A stretch of 64,000 nt of DNA from Bacteroidales bacterium (GCA_032250805.1 JAVVEM010000004.1:41809-105808); one strand, 5' to 3'; shown: positions 1 through 9,650, numbered from the stretch's first letter. Translations and numbers: made by a program. Notes: generated by a model from the sequence alone, not told the origin.

Positions 1-929
1 GAGGTACAGGAAAAACACCCATGGTGGAATATCTTATCAGACTGTTGCAAGATGATTTTAAGATTGCCACGCTGAGCAGAGGATATAAAAGGAGCACAAG
101 GGGTTTTGTGCTGGCTGACAAAACATCCACATTTGAAGAAATTGGTGATGAACCCCTGCAATACAAAAACAAATTCAGCAATATAGAGGTTGCTGTTGAC
201 GAAAGAAGAAGGTCAGGAATAAGAAAACTTATGGAACGCTTTGATGATCTCGATGTGGTATTGCTCGACGATGCTTTCCAGCACCGTTATGTGAAGCCGG
301 GATTATCCATACTACTTACCGATTTTCATAAACTATACGTTAATGATTACCCACTTCCCGCAGGAACACTGAGGGAGTTCAGGTCGGCTGCAAAAAGGGC
401 TGACATCATCATAATTACCAAAACACCGTCAGTGCTGTCGCCGATCACCCGGCGCCGTCTCACGGGGCTCTTCAAACTTAAGAAACATCAAAAAATACTC
501 TTTTCGTATATTAAATACGGAAAGGCCGAGCCCGTGTGTGAGAAATTCAGGGACTTGCTCAAAGACAAGTATAATACTATTTTATTGTTTTCGGGTATTG
601 CTAATTCATATCCCCTTCAGGAACATTTGCAATCGAGGTGCCATGAGCTTCATGTGATGGATTTTATGGATCACCACAAATATTCTATCCAGGACCTCGA
701 AAAGATCAAGGTCAATTTCAATAATATGTTCACGCGCAATAAAGTGATCTTTACCACCGAAAAAGATGCGATGCGCCTTGATAAATCAGCCCTGAAAGAT
801 GTGATCAATGATATGCCCGTATTTTACATTCCCATCGGGATTGGCCTGCATAACGGAGATAGTATTATCTTTGACGACCAAATTCGAGAATATGTTGAAA
901 AAAATACAGGAAACAAATCAATTCCTTAA
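1..929 (+). CDS. lpxK: tetraacyldisaccharide 4'-kinase LpxK, 5' end cut by window edge
   Basis: ORF 21..929 stays open back to nt 3. Nt 3-20 read GTGKTP (kinase P-loop) directly before MVEYL. LSRGYKR and VVLLDDAFQH motifs are typical of LpxK. Confidence 0.85.
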   Translation, partial: GTGKTPMVEYLIRLLQDDFKIATLSRGYKRSTRGFVLADKTSTFEEIGDEPLQYKNKFSNIEVAVDERRRSGIRKLMERFDDLDVVLLDDAFQHRYVKPGLSILLTDFHKLYVNDYPLPAGTLREFRSAAKRADIIIITKTPSVLSPITRRRLTGLFKLKKHQKILFSYIKYGKAEPVCEKFRDLLKDKYNTILLFSGIANSYPLQEHLQSRCHELHVMDFMDHHKYSIQDLEKIKVNFNNMFTRNKVIFTTEKDAMRLDKSALKDVINDMPVFYIPIGIGLHNGDSIIFDDQIREYVEKNTGNKSIP

Positions 930-1713
930 AGAGAAAACAGAAGGATTTACCCCGGATTTTGGAATTATTCTTGGCACAGGCCTGGGTGGCCTGGTGAATG
1001 AGATCGACAGCCATTACATTATTGAATACACTGAAATTCCGAATTTCCCGGTGTCGACCGTAAAAGGGCACCATGGAAAACTTATTTTTGGCACCCTCAG
1101 CGGAAAAAATGTCGTTGCCCTGCAGGGAAGGTTTCATTATTATGAAGGATACAGCATGCAGGAAGTTACTTTTCCGATCCGTATTATTAAGGCCCTGGGA
1201 ATAAAGCACCTTATACTTTCAAATGCCAGCGGTGGCCTTAACCCTGGTTTTGCCGTGGGCGATATTATGATCATTGAAGATCACATCAACCTGATGGGAA
1301 CCAACCCACTGATAGGCCCAAATGACGACAGGCTCGGCCCCAGATTTCCGGATATGAGTGAACCCTATGATCACCGCTTGCGCCAAAAGGCAGAAAGTAT
1401 CGCTTCGAAATTGCATATTTCATATCACACGGGCGTATATGCTGCTGTAACCGGACCTACCTTTGAAACGCCGGCCGAATATAAATATGTACGGCTTATT
1501 GGCAGTGATGCCGTTGGCATGTCGACGGTACCGGAAGTGATCGTTGCACGGCAGGCCGGCATACCCTGCCTGGCATTTTCAGTCATTTCAGATCTGGGCG
1601 TTGAAGGGAAGATCGTTGAAATCAGCCACGACGATGTGATCGATGCCGCCAGCATTGCTGAGCCAAAAATGACAAAGATCATAAAAGCATTTATCGAAGA
1701 AACGGACTCGTAA
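892..1713 (+). CDS. punA: purine nucleoside phosphorylase (PNP/MTAP family, PunA-type)
   Basis: ORF 808..1713. The conserved body begins at ATG 892 (MLKKIQETNQFLKEK). Motifs GIILGTGLG, HHGKLIFG, LQGRFHYYEGY, SNASGGLN and GMSTVPEV are present. It overlaps the lpxK 3' end by 38 nt. Confidence 0.88.
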   Translation: MLKKIQETNQFLKEKTEGFTPDFGIILGTGLGGLVNEIDSHYIIEYTEIPNFPVSTVKGHHGKLIFGTLSGKNVVALQGRFHYYEGYSMQEVTFPIRIIKALGIKHLILSNASGGLNPGFAVGDIMIIEDHINLMGTNPLIGPNDDRLGPRFPDMSEPYDHRLRQKAESIASKLHISYHTGVYAAVTGPTFETPAEYKYVRLIGSDAVGMSTVPEVIVARQAGIPCLAFSVISDLGVEGKIVEISHDDVIDAASIAEPKMTKIIKAFIEETDS

Positions 1714-2209
1714 CCTCTTCATCCATCGAAAGGTTCAATACCTTGATACGCCAGCGGTCGCCAATTGTTAATTTTCTGGTGTGCAAGGGAACAATGGCAT
1801 AACTGAATGCAACAAGGCTGCCACTGATGATCAGGGTATTTTTATCTACCATAACTTCATGATTGATCGCGTTATTCACAATGTCGAGAACCAGATATCC
1901 TGCTCCGGCATAACGCGTAAAACCCGACAAAAGGCCAAATCCCCACCTGGGCTTTAAAACACTTTCGATCTCGTTTAACATGATCTCCTGATCAAAATCA
2001 ACTACGATACTGCTATCGGTAATAAAATGGATGGAGCCGGCAATCTTGTCATTAAAAGGCATGGTTTTAAGGATGATCTCATCGCCAACAAAATACTTGA
2101 AGTTTTTAAATGTGCCCGGCTTTTCGACAAGCAATATTCTTTGCGCCTGAACATTGAATACCATCAGGCAGGCAACAGATATGAGGGATACTTTTAACAA
2201 GCTTTTCAT
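1691..2209 (-). CDS. hypothetical exported/membrane protein
   Basis: ORF 1691..2242. ATG at 2209 gives a signal-like N-terminus MKSLLKVSLISVACLMVFNVQAQ. No recognisable catalytic motif. Its 3' end overlaps the convergent punA 3' end by 23 nt. Confidence 0.55.
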   Translation of the reverse strand: MKSLLKVSLISVACLMVFNVQAQRILLVEKPGTFKNFKYFVGDEIILKTMPFNDKIAGSIHFITDSSIVVDFDQEIMLNEIESVLKPRWGFGLLSGFTRYAGAGYLVLDIVNNAINHEVMVDKNTLIISGSLVAFSYAIVPLHTRKLTIGDRWRIKVLNLSMDEEVTSPFLR

Positions 2210-2288
2210 TAATCGCACAATAATGATGATGAAATTACACATAAAAACAAATTTCAGAAAGCTTTTTGTTCACTAATTTCAAATACTA

Positions 2289-2296
2289 TATTTTTG
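2289..2296 (+). promoter_or_regulatory. Bacteroidota -7 promoter box (TAnnTTTG) candidate for the TlpA-like gene
   Basis: TATTTTTG followed by CAGC, 71 nt before ATG 2368. Confidence 0.45.
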
Positions 2297-2367
2297 CAGC
2301 ATAACAAAAGGTAATATTTCCGGGCATATATCGTTCGGATTATAAATCTGCTGAAGAACTTATCATC

Positions 2368-3558
2368 ATGAGAAACTTAATCATTTCGCTTGTATTGTTT
2401 ATCGCTTCCCTGCTTTCTCTTGTATCCTGCCAGCAAAGCGGGAAAAATACAACAAAAGCTGTGATCAGGGGCAATTACTTTCCTTTTGAGGAAAAGGTTT
2501 TTCTGAACGAGGTTACATCTGCTAATGTAGAAACGCTTGATTCGGCAGACATCAGCAATGGAGAGGAATTTTATTTTGAAGTTGAGGTCTCTGAGCCTAC
2601 AGTATTCAGGCTGGCGCATAAAACATTATATCCGATCATGGTCATTGCTGAAACCGGCGATACTGTAAGCATTACCCAGGCAGATGAGGAGGCCTGGCCG
2701 TATGAGGTAAAAGGGGGACCGGAATGCATGCTGCTTGTCAATTATCTCGAGCGCCTGAACCGTGATCATCATAAAGTCGACAGCTTATCGCTAATCTTTC
2801 AAAACAGCCAGAGTCACCCTGATTTTGTCAATATCAGGGAAAGACTGAATGAGGCATTCACCGAAATTTATGAAGGGCATAAGGAATATGCACGAAAGTT
2901 TGTTACAGAGCATCCCGCTTCTATTGCATCAATTATCGTTCTCAATGGGTTTTTCAGGGAGTTTGCTCTGTTCCATCAACATGATGATTTTAAATTCTAT
3001 GAGATCGTAAACGATGCCCTGGTCAAAAAAATGCCTGACAGCAAGTACACCAAAGATTTTACTGCGCAGGTAGAAAACATCAGGGCATCAAGAGATTATG
3101 AACTTGAAGCAAAGATGCGGCTTTCGCCCGGCCGACTGGTTCCTGATTTCAGCCTTCCAACAACCGATGGCAGCAAGATCGGCCCTAAGGATTTGGAAGG
3201 CAATAACCTGCTTATTTATTTCTGGGCATCGACGGATGCGCCTTCGCGCCAGGCCAACAAAATCGTTAAGAAAGCCTACGAAACTTTTAGCAGGTACGGA
3301 TTCCAGGTATTGGCAATTTCATTTGATAAGGATCCCGGGTTCTGGGAAGCAGCCATTGAACTCGACAGTTTGCCTGGCATTCATGCAACCGACCTGAAAG
3401 GTGCAGGATCGCCTGTACAGAAACTTTTCAACCTGAAAATGAGGTTGCCCGCTTACTTTCTCATCGACACAAAAGGACGTATCTTTGATCATGATCGTGA
3501 TTTTGGTAAATTGCAACAAAAGATCATTGAATTGTACAACCAAAAACAAGATTATTAA
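2368..3558 (+). CDS. TlpA/ResA-like thioredoxin-fold lipoprotein with the CxxC motif replaced
   Basis: Lipobox LVSC (Cys21). The C-terminal about 140 aa follow the TlpA pattern (PDFSLPTTDGSK..., LLIYFWAS, FQVLAISFD, PAYFLIDTKGRI). The position of WCGPC reads TDAPS (nt 3232..3246). Confidence 0.75.
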   Translation: MRNLIISLVLFIASLLSLVSCQQSGKNTTKAVIRGNYFPFEEKVFLNEVTSANVETLDSADISNGEEFYFEVEVSEPTVFRLAHKTLYPIMVIAETGDTVSITQADEEAWPYEVKGGPECMLLVNYLERLNRDHHKVDSLSLIFQNSQSHPDFVNIRERLNEAFTEIYEGHKEYARKFVTEHPASIASIIVLNGFFREFALFHQHDDFKFYEIVNDALVKKMPDSKYTKDFTAQVENIRASRDYELEAKMRLSPGRLVPDFSLPTTDGSKIGPKDLEGNNLLIYFWASTDAPSRQANKIVKKAYETFSRYGFQVLAISFDKDPGFWEAAIELDSLPGIHATDLKGAGSPVQKLFNLKMRLPAYFLIDTKGRIFDHDRDFGKLQQKIIELYNQKQDY

Positions 3559-3601
3559 GCACAATTTACTATCATTGTAAAAAATGGCAATGCAATAAGT
3601 C

Positions 3602-4387
3602 TTGGAAGACAGGAAAAAAATATACTTCGCCTCAGATTTTCATTTCGGCATTCCGGATCATCGCAGGAGCCTCAAAAGAGAAAAGCTTTTTGTTAAATGG
3701 CTTGATGAGGTTAAAGCTGATGCCGCCCATATTTTTTTAATGGGCGACATCTTCGATTTTTGGTTCGAATATAAAACAGTTGTCCCAAAAGGTTTTGTAA
3801 GATTGCTCGGCAAGCTTGCCGAGATCACTGATGCGGGGATCCCGGTAAGTCTGTTCAGGGGCAACCACGATGTATGGGCTTTTAATTATTTCGAGAAAGA
3901 GCTTAACATTAAATTATACCGCGAACCCCAAATCATTCACTTGTCAGGAAAAGAATTTTATCTGGCACATGGCGACGGGCTTGGCCCCGGCGACAAGGGG
4001 TACAAGTTCCTCAAGAAAGTTTTTGCCTGCCACCTGAACCAGTGGCTGTTTCGTTGGCTCCACCCCGATATTGGAGCACGCATGGGACTGTATTTTTCGG
4101 GAAGAAGCCGCCTGGCAAATATTGCAAAAGATGAGAAAAAAGATACTTCGAATAACATCCACGACGAGATGTTGTATCAATACAGTATTAAAGTCTTGGA
4201 AGAAAATCCCGGCATCGATTACTTTATTTTTGGCCACCGCCACCTGCCAACCAATGTAAAACTGAACGAAACAACCAAACTCATCATCCTTGGCGACTGG
4301 ATCACAAATTTTACCTATGCTGTATTTGATGGAAAAGAGCTTGTTTTAAAACAATATAACCATATCACTGATAAAGACAAGCCATGA
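3602..4387 (+). CDS. lpxH: UDP-2,3-diacylglucosamine diphosphatase (LpxH-type metallophosphoesterase)
   Basis: Motifs YFASDFHFG, GDIFDFWFEY, RGNHD, HGDG and GHRH. It must start at TTG 3602 because no in-frame ATG lies upstream of the first metal-binding motif. Confidence 0.8.
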   Translation: MEDRKKIYFASDFHFGIPDHRRSLKREKLFVKWLDEVKADAAHIFLMGDIFDFWFEYKTVVPKGFVRLLGKLAEITDAGIPVSLFRGNHDVWAFNYFEKELNIKLYREPQIIHLSGKEFYLAHGDGLGPGDKGYKFLKKVFACHLNQWLFRWLHPDIGARMGLYFSGRSRLANIAKDEKKDTSNNIHDEMLYQYSIKVLEENPGIDYFIFGHRHLPTNVKLNETTKLIILGDWITNFTYAVFDGKELVLKQYNHITDKDKP

Positions 4388-4403
4388 TCAGTGGTTATTC
4401 ATG

Positions 4404-5348
4404 TTATGGTGTCGCAGGGTTTATCTTACTCACCAGGTAAGCGTGCGTAACTGCAAGTTCAGCAGGGCTGTATTCGTCGAAATCCTTATGCACCTTTATC
4501 TCTCGCAGCTTATCCATATCACGGTCAAATATCTTATCCTCTGTTATAGGGATGTTGAGTTTTTGATAGAGTGCGGTAAAATCTTTTAATCTGTAACGGT
4601 TTTGCGGCTGGATACGATTATCAATGCACTTCCAGGTTTTCTTGCTGTATTGTAAAAAATTATAAACATTTATCTTTTTATCGAAGTGTGCAAAATGATC
4701 CGACATATCAATAAAATGACTCATCACGCCCCCGGGTTTGATCAATCTTTTAAATTCATTAAGGATGTCTTCAAGCACCTTCGCATGGATATGTTCAAAA
4801 GTATTGTTTGAACAGATGAGATCGAATTCCTTGTCGGGCAACCCGGTGTTTGCAGCATCTTTTAAGAGGGGCTTAAAGAGCATGGTCTTATTGATATCAT
4901 CCATTGTGTATTGTCCGGGATTTTCATGAATATGCAAAAGCTTTGCCCAGCGTTCATCATCAAAAGAGCCGGAATACTCAACCAGTTTGCCTGTTTTATC
5001 CCATTCCACAAGTTTGCTTATCGTATTAAGCTGCCTTTCGCGTGTCATCCATGACCTGATATCAAGAGAGGTTACCATTCCGCTTTTTGTCAGGAACATA
5101 AACACCGGAACTACCGGGTACCAGCCTGTGCCCAGTTCGAGAATCATTTTTTCCGGGCCCGGGCTCCCATACTTCCTGAAATAATGAATATGGTCCCATG
5201 CATGGCCAACCTTAAAGCCAAAGTGTTCATCTGTAAGGTCCACACCGTGGGTAACGTGTTTCTGAAACAGAAAATTCAGCTGTTCGCGCATAGGCAGGAA
5301 CGAAATACACTTCTGTACAACCGCTTTAAGTTTCCATTTTGAGACCAT
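4404..5348 (-). CDS. class I SAM-dependent methyltransferase, substrate unknown
   Basis: Motif I ILELGTGWYP, later FDLICSNNTFEHI and LIKPGGV. 314 aa, ATG start. Confidence 0.7.
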   Translation of the reverse strand: MVSKWKLKAVVQKCISFLPMREQLNFLFQKHVTHGVDLTDEHFGFKVGHAWDHIHYFRKYGSPGPEKMILELGTGWYPVVPVFMFLTKSGMVTSLDIRSWMTRERQLNTISKLVEWDKTGKLVEYSGSFDDERWAKLLHIHENPGQYTMDDINKTMLFKPLLKDAANTGLPDKEFDLICSNNTFEHIHAKVLEDILNEFKRLIKPGGVMSHFIDMSDHFAHFDKKINVYNFLQYSKKTWKCIDNRIQPQNRYRLKDFTALYQKLNIPITEDKIFDRDMDKLREIKVHKDFDEYSPAELAVTHAYLVSKINPATP

Positions 5349-5371
5349 TCGGGCTCCTCCATTATATATTT

Positions 5372-6385
5372 CTACACAAATCTTTCAATCAATTCAACCA
5401 GCCTGTGGGCATATCCTGTTTCATTATCATACCAGGCCACCACTTTAACCAGTTTGTTCTTGTCGCCAAGCACAGCGGTCAGGCCGGCATCGAAAACAGC
5501 CGAATGCGGGTTTCCGATCACATCGACCGAAACGATCGGGTCTTCGGTATATTCCAGGATGCCTTTGAGGCTGTTTTCAGAAGCTTCTTTAAACACGGCA
5601 TTGATCTCCTTCACACTGGTAGGTTTGGATAGTGTACAGGTAAGATCGGTGAGCGAGCCATCCGGAACCGGTACCCGTATACCTGCTCCGCCAAGATTGT
5701 GTTCAAGGTGAGGGAATATCTTTGTGGCCGCTTTGGCAGCCCCTGTGGTTGTAGGGACTATGGAATATGCTGCTGCACGCGCCCTGCGAAGATCCTTGTG
5801 TGGTGCATCGAGCAGGTTCTGGTCGCGGGTGTATGAGTGAACGGTGGTAATAAAGCCCTTTTCCACTCCCCACAACTTATCAAGAATCATGATCAGGGGC
5901 GCCACATTATTTGTTGTGCAGGATGAATTGGAGATGATTACATCATTCTTATTTATCAAATGATCGTTTACGCCAAGCACAATATAGGGTACGCCGTCGC
6001 TTTCACCTTTTGCCGGGGCTGAGATGATCACTTTCCTTGCTCCGGATTCTGTTACATGCCTTATCGCATCTTCTTTTTTTACGAACAGGCCTGTTGATTC
6101 TATCACCACATCGACATTCATTTGCTTCCAGGGAAGGCTGCCCGGGTTTTCTTCTTTCAGCACCCTTATTTTCCTGCCCATGATATAGAGGTGCTCATCA
6201 TCCCAGCTAACTTCACCCCTGAAAACCCCGTGTATCGAATCATATTTGAATAAATGCCCCAATGTTGCCGGACAGCTGAGATCGTTGACTGCCACCAGCT
6301 CCATTTGTTCATTGTTACACATTGCCCTGTAAGTGATCCGTCCTATCCTTCCGAAGCCATTAATGGCCACCCTGATCTTTTTCAT
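5372..6385 (-). CDS. gap: type I glyceraldehyde-3-phosphate dehydrogenase (paralogue 1)
   Basis: INGFGRIGR, SNSSCTTNNVAP (nucleophile Cys present), TTVHSYTRDQ, TTTGAAKA, IRVPVPDGS and WYDNETGYA. Confidence 0.9.
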   Translation of the reverse strand: MKKIRVAINGFGRIGRITYRAMCNNEQMELVAVNDLSCPATLGHLFKYDSIHGVFRGEVSWDDEHLYIMGRKIRVLKEENPGSLPWKQMNVDVVIESTGLFVKKEDAIRHVTESGARKVIISAPAKGESDGVPYIVLGVNDHLINKNDVIISNSSCTTNNVAPLIMILDKLWGVEKGFITTVHSYTRDQNLLDAPHKDLRRARAAAYSIVPTTTGAAKAATKIFPHLEHNLGGAGIRVPVPDGSLTDLTCTLSKPTSVKEINAVFKEASENSLKGILEYTEDPIVSVDVIGNPHSAVFDAGLTAVLGDKNKLVKVVAWYDNETGYAHRLVELIERFV

Positions 6386-6411
6386 CTCTCGTTTGTTTAA
6401 CTTAACAGCTG

Positions 6412-6419
6412 CAAAAATA
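6412..6419 (-). promoter_or_regulatory. -7 box candidate for gap paralogue 1
   Basis: The minus strand reads TATTTTTGCAGC, 26 nt before ATG 6385. Confidence 0.5.
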
Positions 6420-6462
6420 TTGAATTATGGCATGCTGTGCCCCTAAATCCGTCAGGATTTAT

Positions 6463-6470
6463 TAATTTTG
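6463..6470 (+). promoter_or_regulatory. -7 box candidate for the M20 peptidase gene
   Basis: TAATTTTG, 40 nt before ATG 6511. Confidence 0.45.
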
Positions 6471-6510
6471 GCCCTCACTTACTGAAAATCAACTAAAATT
6501 CAATTATATT

Positions 6511-7881
6511 ATGGAACATGTAAAAAAGTATATTGCAGAAAACAAGGACCGTTTTCTTGATGAGCTCTTTGCACTGATCAGAATTCCTTCTATCAGTTCG
6601 GAGTCGGCCCGAAAGGACGACATGAAAAGGGCTGCTGAGTATTGGAAAGAATCAATGCTGAAAGCTGGTGCCGATAAGGCCGAAGTGCTGCCATCAGAAG
6701 GCAATCCTGTTGTGTATGGCGAAAAGATCATTGATCCTTCAGCACCTACAGTATTGGTTTACGGGCATTATGATGTGATGCCCGTTGATCCCGTTGAACT
6801 CTGGAAAAGCGATCCTTTTGAGCCGGAGATCCGCGATGGAAAGATCTTTGCACGTGGTTCCGACGATGACAAAGGCCAGGCTTTTATGCATGCCAAAGCC
6901 TTTGAGCTGATGGTAAATACCAACACCCTTCCTTGTAATGTGAAGTTTATGGTTGAGGGAGAAGAAGAGATAGGATCACCCAGCCTTGGCAAATTCTGTG
7001 AACAAAACAAAGAAATGCTCAAAGCAGATATTATTCTTGTTTCCGACACCAGCATGATCGCTCCTGATATTCCCTCCATCACCACAGGTTTGCGTGGCCT
7101 GGCATACATGGAAGTAGAAGTTACAGGGCCGAACAAAGATCTCCACTCAGGACTTTTCGGGGGAGCTGTTGCCAACCCGATCAACATCCTGACCAAGATG
7201 ATCGCTTCACTCACTGATGATAACAACGTGATCAACATACCCGGTTTTTATGATGATGTAGAGGTGATCAGCGATGAAGAACGTGCCGAAATGGCCAAGG
7301 CACCATTTAATCTGGAAGAATATAAGAAAGCCCTTGATATTGAGGAGGTATGGGGCGAAAAAGGATATAGCACAAACGAGCGTACCGGCATTCGTCCATC
7401 ACTGGATGTGAACGGTATCTGGGGTGGTTACACCGGTGAAGGTGCCAAAACCGTGATCGCCTCCAAAGCATATGCAAAGATCTCTATGCGACTTGTTCCT
7501 CATCAGGACCACAACAAGATTGCCGAACTGTTTGAAAAACACTTTAAAGCCATCGCACCTCCCTGTGTAAAGGTAAATGTTAAGACGCTTCATGGCGGGC
7601 AGGGATACGTTTCTCCAACCGACATGGTAGCTTACAGGGCTGCCGAAAAGGCATACACAGAAGTATTTGGGAAAAAGCCCGTTCCCGTGCGCAGTGGCGG
7701 AAGCATTCCAATCATCTCCACATTCGAGCAGGTACTTGGAATAAAATCCATATTGATGGGATTTGGTCTGGAATCGGATGCGATCCATTCACCCAACGAG
7801 AATTATCCGCTGGAGCAGTTTTTTAACGGGATCGAAACCATACCATATTTCTACAAGTACTATACGGAAATGATGAAATAG
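6511..7881 (+). CDS. M20 family dipeptidase / metallohydrolase
   Basis: 456 aa. Motifs YGHYDVMPVDP, FARGSDDDKGQ and MVEGEEEIGS are typical of M20 peptidases. Confidence 0.85.
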   Translation: MEHVKKYIAENKDRFLDELFALIRIPSISSESARKDDMKRAAEYWKESMLKAGADKAEVLPSEGNPVVYGEKIIDPSAPTVLVYGHYDVMPVDPVELWKSDPFEPEIRDGKIFARGSDDDKGQAFMHAKAFELMVNTNTLPCNVKFMVEGEEEIGSPSLGKFCEQNKEMLKADIILVSDTSMIAPDIPSITTGLRGLAYMEVEVTGPNKDLHSGLFGGAVANPINILTKMIASLTDDNNVINIPGFYDDVEVISDEERAEMAKAPFNLEEYKKALDIEEVWGEKGYSTNERTGIRPSLDVNGIWGGYTGEGAKTVIASKAYAKISMRLVPHQDHNKIAELFEKHFKAIAPPCVKVNVKTLHGGQGYVSPTDMVAYRAAEKAYTEVFGKKPVPVRSGGSIPIISTFEQVLGIKSILMGFGLESDAIHSPNENYPLEQFFNGIETIPYFYKYYTEMMK

Positions 7882-7884
7882 CCA

Positions 7885-7920
7885 AAAGGGAGCACAATAA
7901 AAAGCTCCCTTTATTTTTTT
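7885..7920. terminator. bidirectional intrinsic terminator between convergent genes
   Basis: Stem AAAGGGAGC (7885..7893) / GCTCCCTTT (7904..7912), followed by a T-run to 7920 and preceded by A-rich sequence. The T-run overlaps the stop region of the minus-strand gene. Confidence 0.7.
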
Positions 7921-9650
7921 ATAAATTTTTGGATAGAGCCAGATCCGGCATGATACAGGCGAATAAAATAGATGCCTTCACTTAAGCTGCTGAGGTTGAT
8001 GGGAACAGCCGTCCGGGTGCGGCCTTTGAGCAACATTTGACCGTTCGGGCTGATCACCTCATATTTCATCTCCCCTTCCTCCGCTGAGCGTACATACAGC
8101 ATATTGCTGGCAGGAGTGGGATATATCCCGTACAGATCTTCTTTGTTAACCTCAGGGATCGCTGTTTGAACGATCGTAAAGCTCCTTTCCTCGCTGAAAG
8201 CAGAACCGGCAAATGCCTGGTCGATCGTTTGTACGCTCCAGAAATAAGTTCCTTCAGGAAGGCCGGAAATGGTCCGGCTTGTTTGCATACAGGCATTTCC
8301 GATCGCCTGAATAAACCGAAAGCCTGATTCGATATCAGCCATCGGGGTGATCAAGTCATGTTGGCCGGTATGCATGCCCAAACGAAGGTTATAATATAAG
8401 CCATCACGGGGAGTTTCGTTGTCGTAAGCTTTATCCCAGAAAAAGGTCACTGTCTGGCCTTCGATAAGTGTTTCGGGCGATGCCGGAGCATCAGGAAGGG
8501 TATTTATACTAAATGCATTTGCACCGGCTTCATTCCGGTAAAGTTTAGTGAACGGATATTCGGCAAGTGTCATCCCGCTGATCACGAAATCAAGATCCCC
8601 GTCGTTATCGTAGTCGGCCCAGGCCGCATTGCACCTGATGGCGCCTTCCATCTGAGCAGCGTTTTCCATCATAAAGAATCCCTCATCATTCCTGTAAACT
8701 TTTGCAATACTGGCACCACATGCGGCATTTTTGCCCGCCATAAGGATATCCAGGTCGCCATCATTGTCATAATCACCAAAATCGACAGTACTTGTGGCAA
8801 TGCCTTCCATGACTGTAAAATACGGAACAACAGTACCATCGCCAGGGTTCTCATACAGAAAAAACTGAGGTTCCAGGTTCAGGTCAAAGCCGCTGATGGA
8901 AATATCCAGGTCGCCATCGTTATCGAAATCAACCATATCTGCCGTGCCTGAGATCACACCGGTCATATCGAGATATGCGCGGTTAAAGGTGCCTTTGTTA
9001 TTGAGGAATACATCAGCCAAATAACCCCCTCCTGTATCTCCTGTAAGGAGGATATCGAGGTCGCCGTCGTTATCAAAATCACCCCAGCAGGTTTTTGCAT
9101 TCTGAAGAAAGCCAAAGTCATTATCTGTTTCAGTGAAAATTCCATTGGTATTTTCATACAATTCAACAATCCAGTTTCCGGCAATGAGAATATCCAGATC
9201 GCCGTCATTATCATAATCACCCCAGCGGGCCTCTCCATATCCAATGCCGGGCAGGCCGGCATCGTATTTAGTAAAAACGCCCCCGGTATTCTGATAGATC
9301 AGGCAAATATCGCCATCCTCTTCTGTTTCACCGCTGATCAGCAGATCGAGGTCACTATCATTATCGTAGTCGCCCCATGCAACAGAGCCATCCTTTATGC
9401 CGGCGATCACCGGGGAATCGGCAACAAAAACCCCTGCATCGTTACGGTAGATCTTTGTGAGGTATGATCCATCCGGTGTCAGGCCGCCAAGAACAAAGTC
9501 AAGATCGCCATCGTTATCATAATCGCCCCAGGCAAGGGCCGGGCGGCCGGCGGCATGCACCGGTATACTGACTTGTTCAAATGGTTGTGCCTGAAGGTTA
9601 AGCATTAATGACAGGCAGGCAAAGGCAAAGAGTAAAAACAGCTTTTTCAT
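7911..9650 (-). CDS. FG-GAP/VCBS repeat protein with T9SS type A C-terminal sorting domain
   Basis: Signal peptide, then at least 8 copies of the (W)GDYDNDGDLD calcium-binding repeat. The C-terminal about 80 aa (LYGIYPTPASNMLYV...GIYFIRLY...) resemble a Por/T9SS secretion tail. Confidence 0.8.
   Translation of the reverse strand: MKKLFLLFAFACLSLMLNLQAQPFEQVSIPVHAAGRPALAWGDYDNDGDLDFVLGGLTPDGSYLTKIYRNDAGVFVADSPVIAGIKDGSVAWGDYDNDSDLDLLISGETEEDGDICLIYQNTGGVFTKYDAGLPGIGYGEARWGDYDNDGDLDILIAGNWIVELYENTNGIFTETDNDFGFLQNAKTCWGDFDNDGDLDILLTGDTGGGYLADVFLNNKGTFNRAYLDMTGVISGTADMVDFDNDGDLDISISGFDLNLEPQFFLYENPGDGTVVPYFTVMEGIATSTVDFGDYDNDGDLDILMAGKNAACGASIAKVYRNDEGFFMMENAAQMEGAIRCNAAWADYDNDGDLDFVISGMTLAEYPFTKLYRNEAGANAFSINTLPDAPASPETLIEGQTVTFFWDKAYDNETPRDGLYYNLRLGMHTGQHDLITPMADIESGFRFIQAIGNACMQTSRTISGLPEGTYFWSVQTIDQAFAGSAFSEERSFTIVQTAIPEVNKEDLYGIYPTPASNMLYVRSAEEGEMKYEVISPNGQMLLKGRTRTAVPINLSSLSEGIYFIRLYHAGSGSIQKFIKK

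Noticed and set aside
808-891. Longer N-terminal extensions offered by the ORF track for punA. The same applies to korA (16224..16253), nadB (20879..20953), uppS (27909..27956) and the sigma factor (55870..55917).
   Set aside because: The extensions overlap upstream genes or promoter boxes and add non-conserved residues. The internal ATG codons coincide with the start of the conserved sequence.
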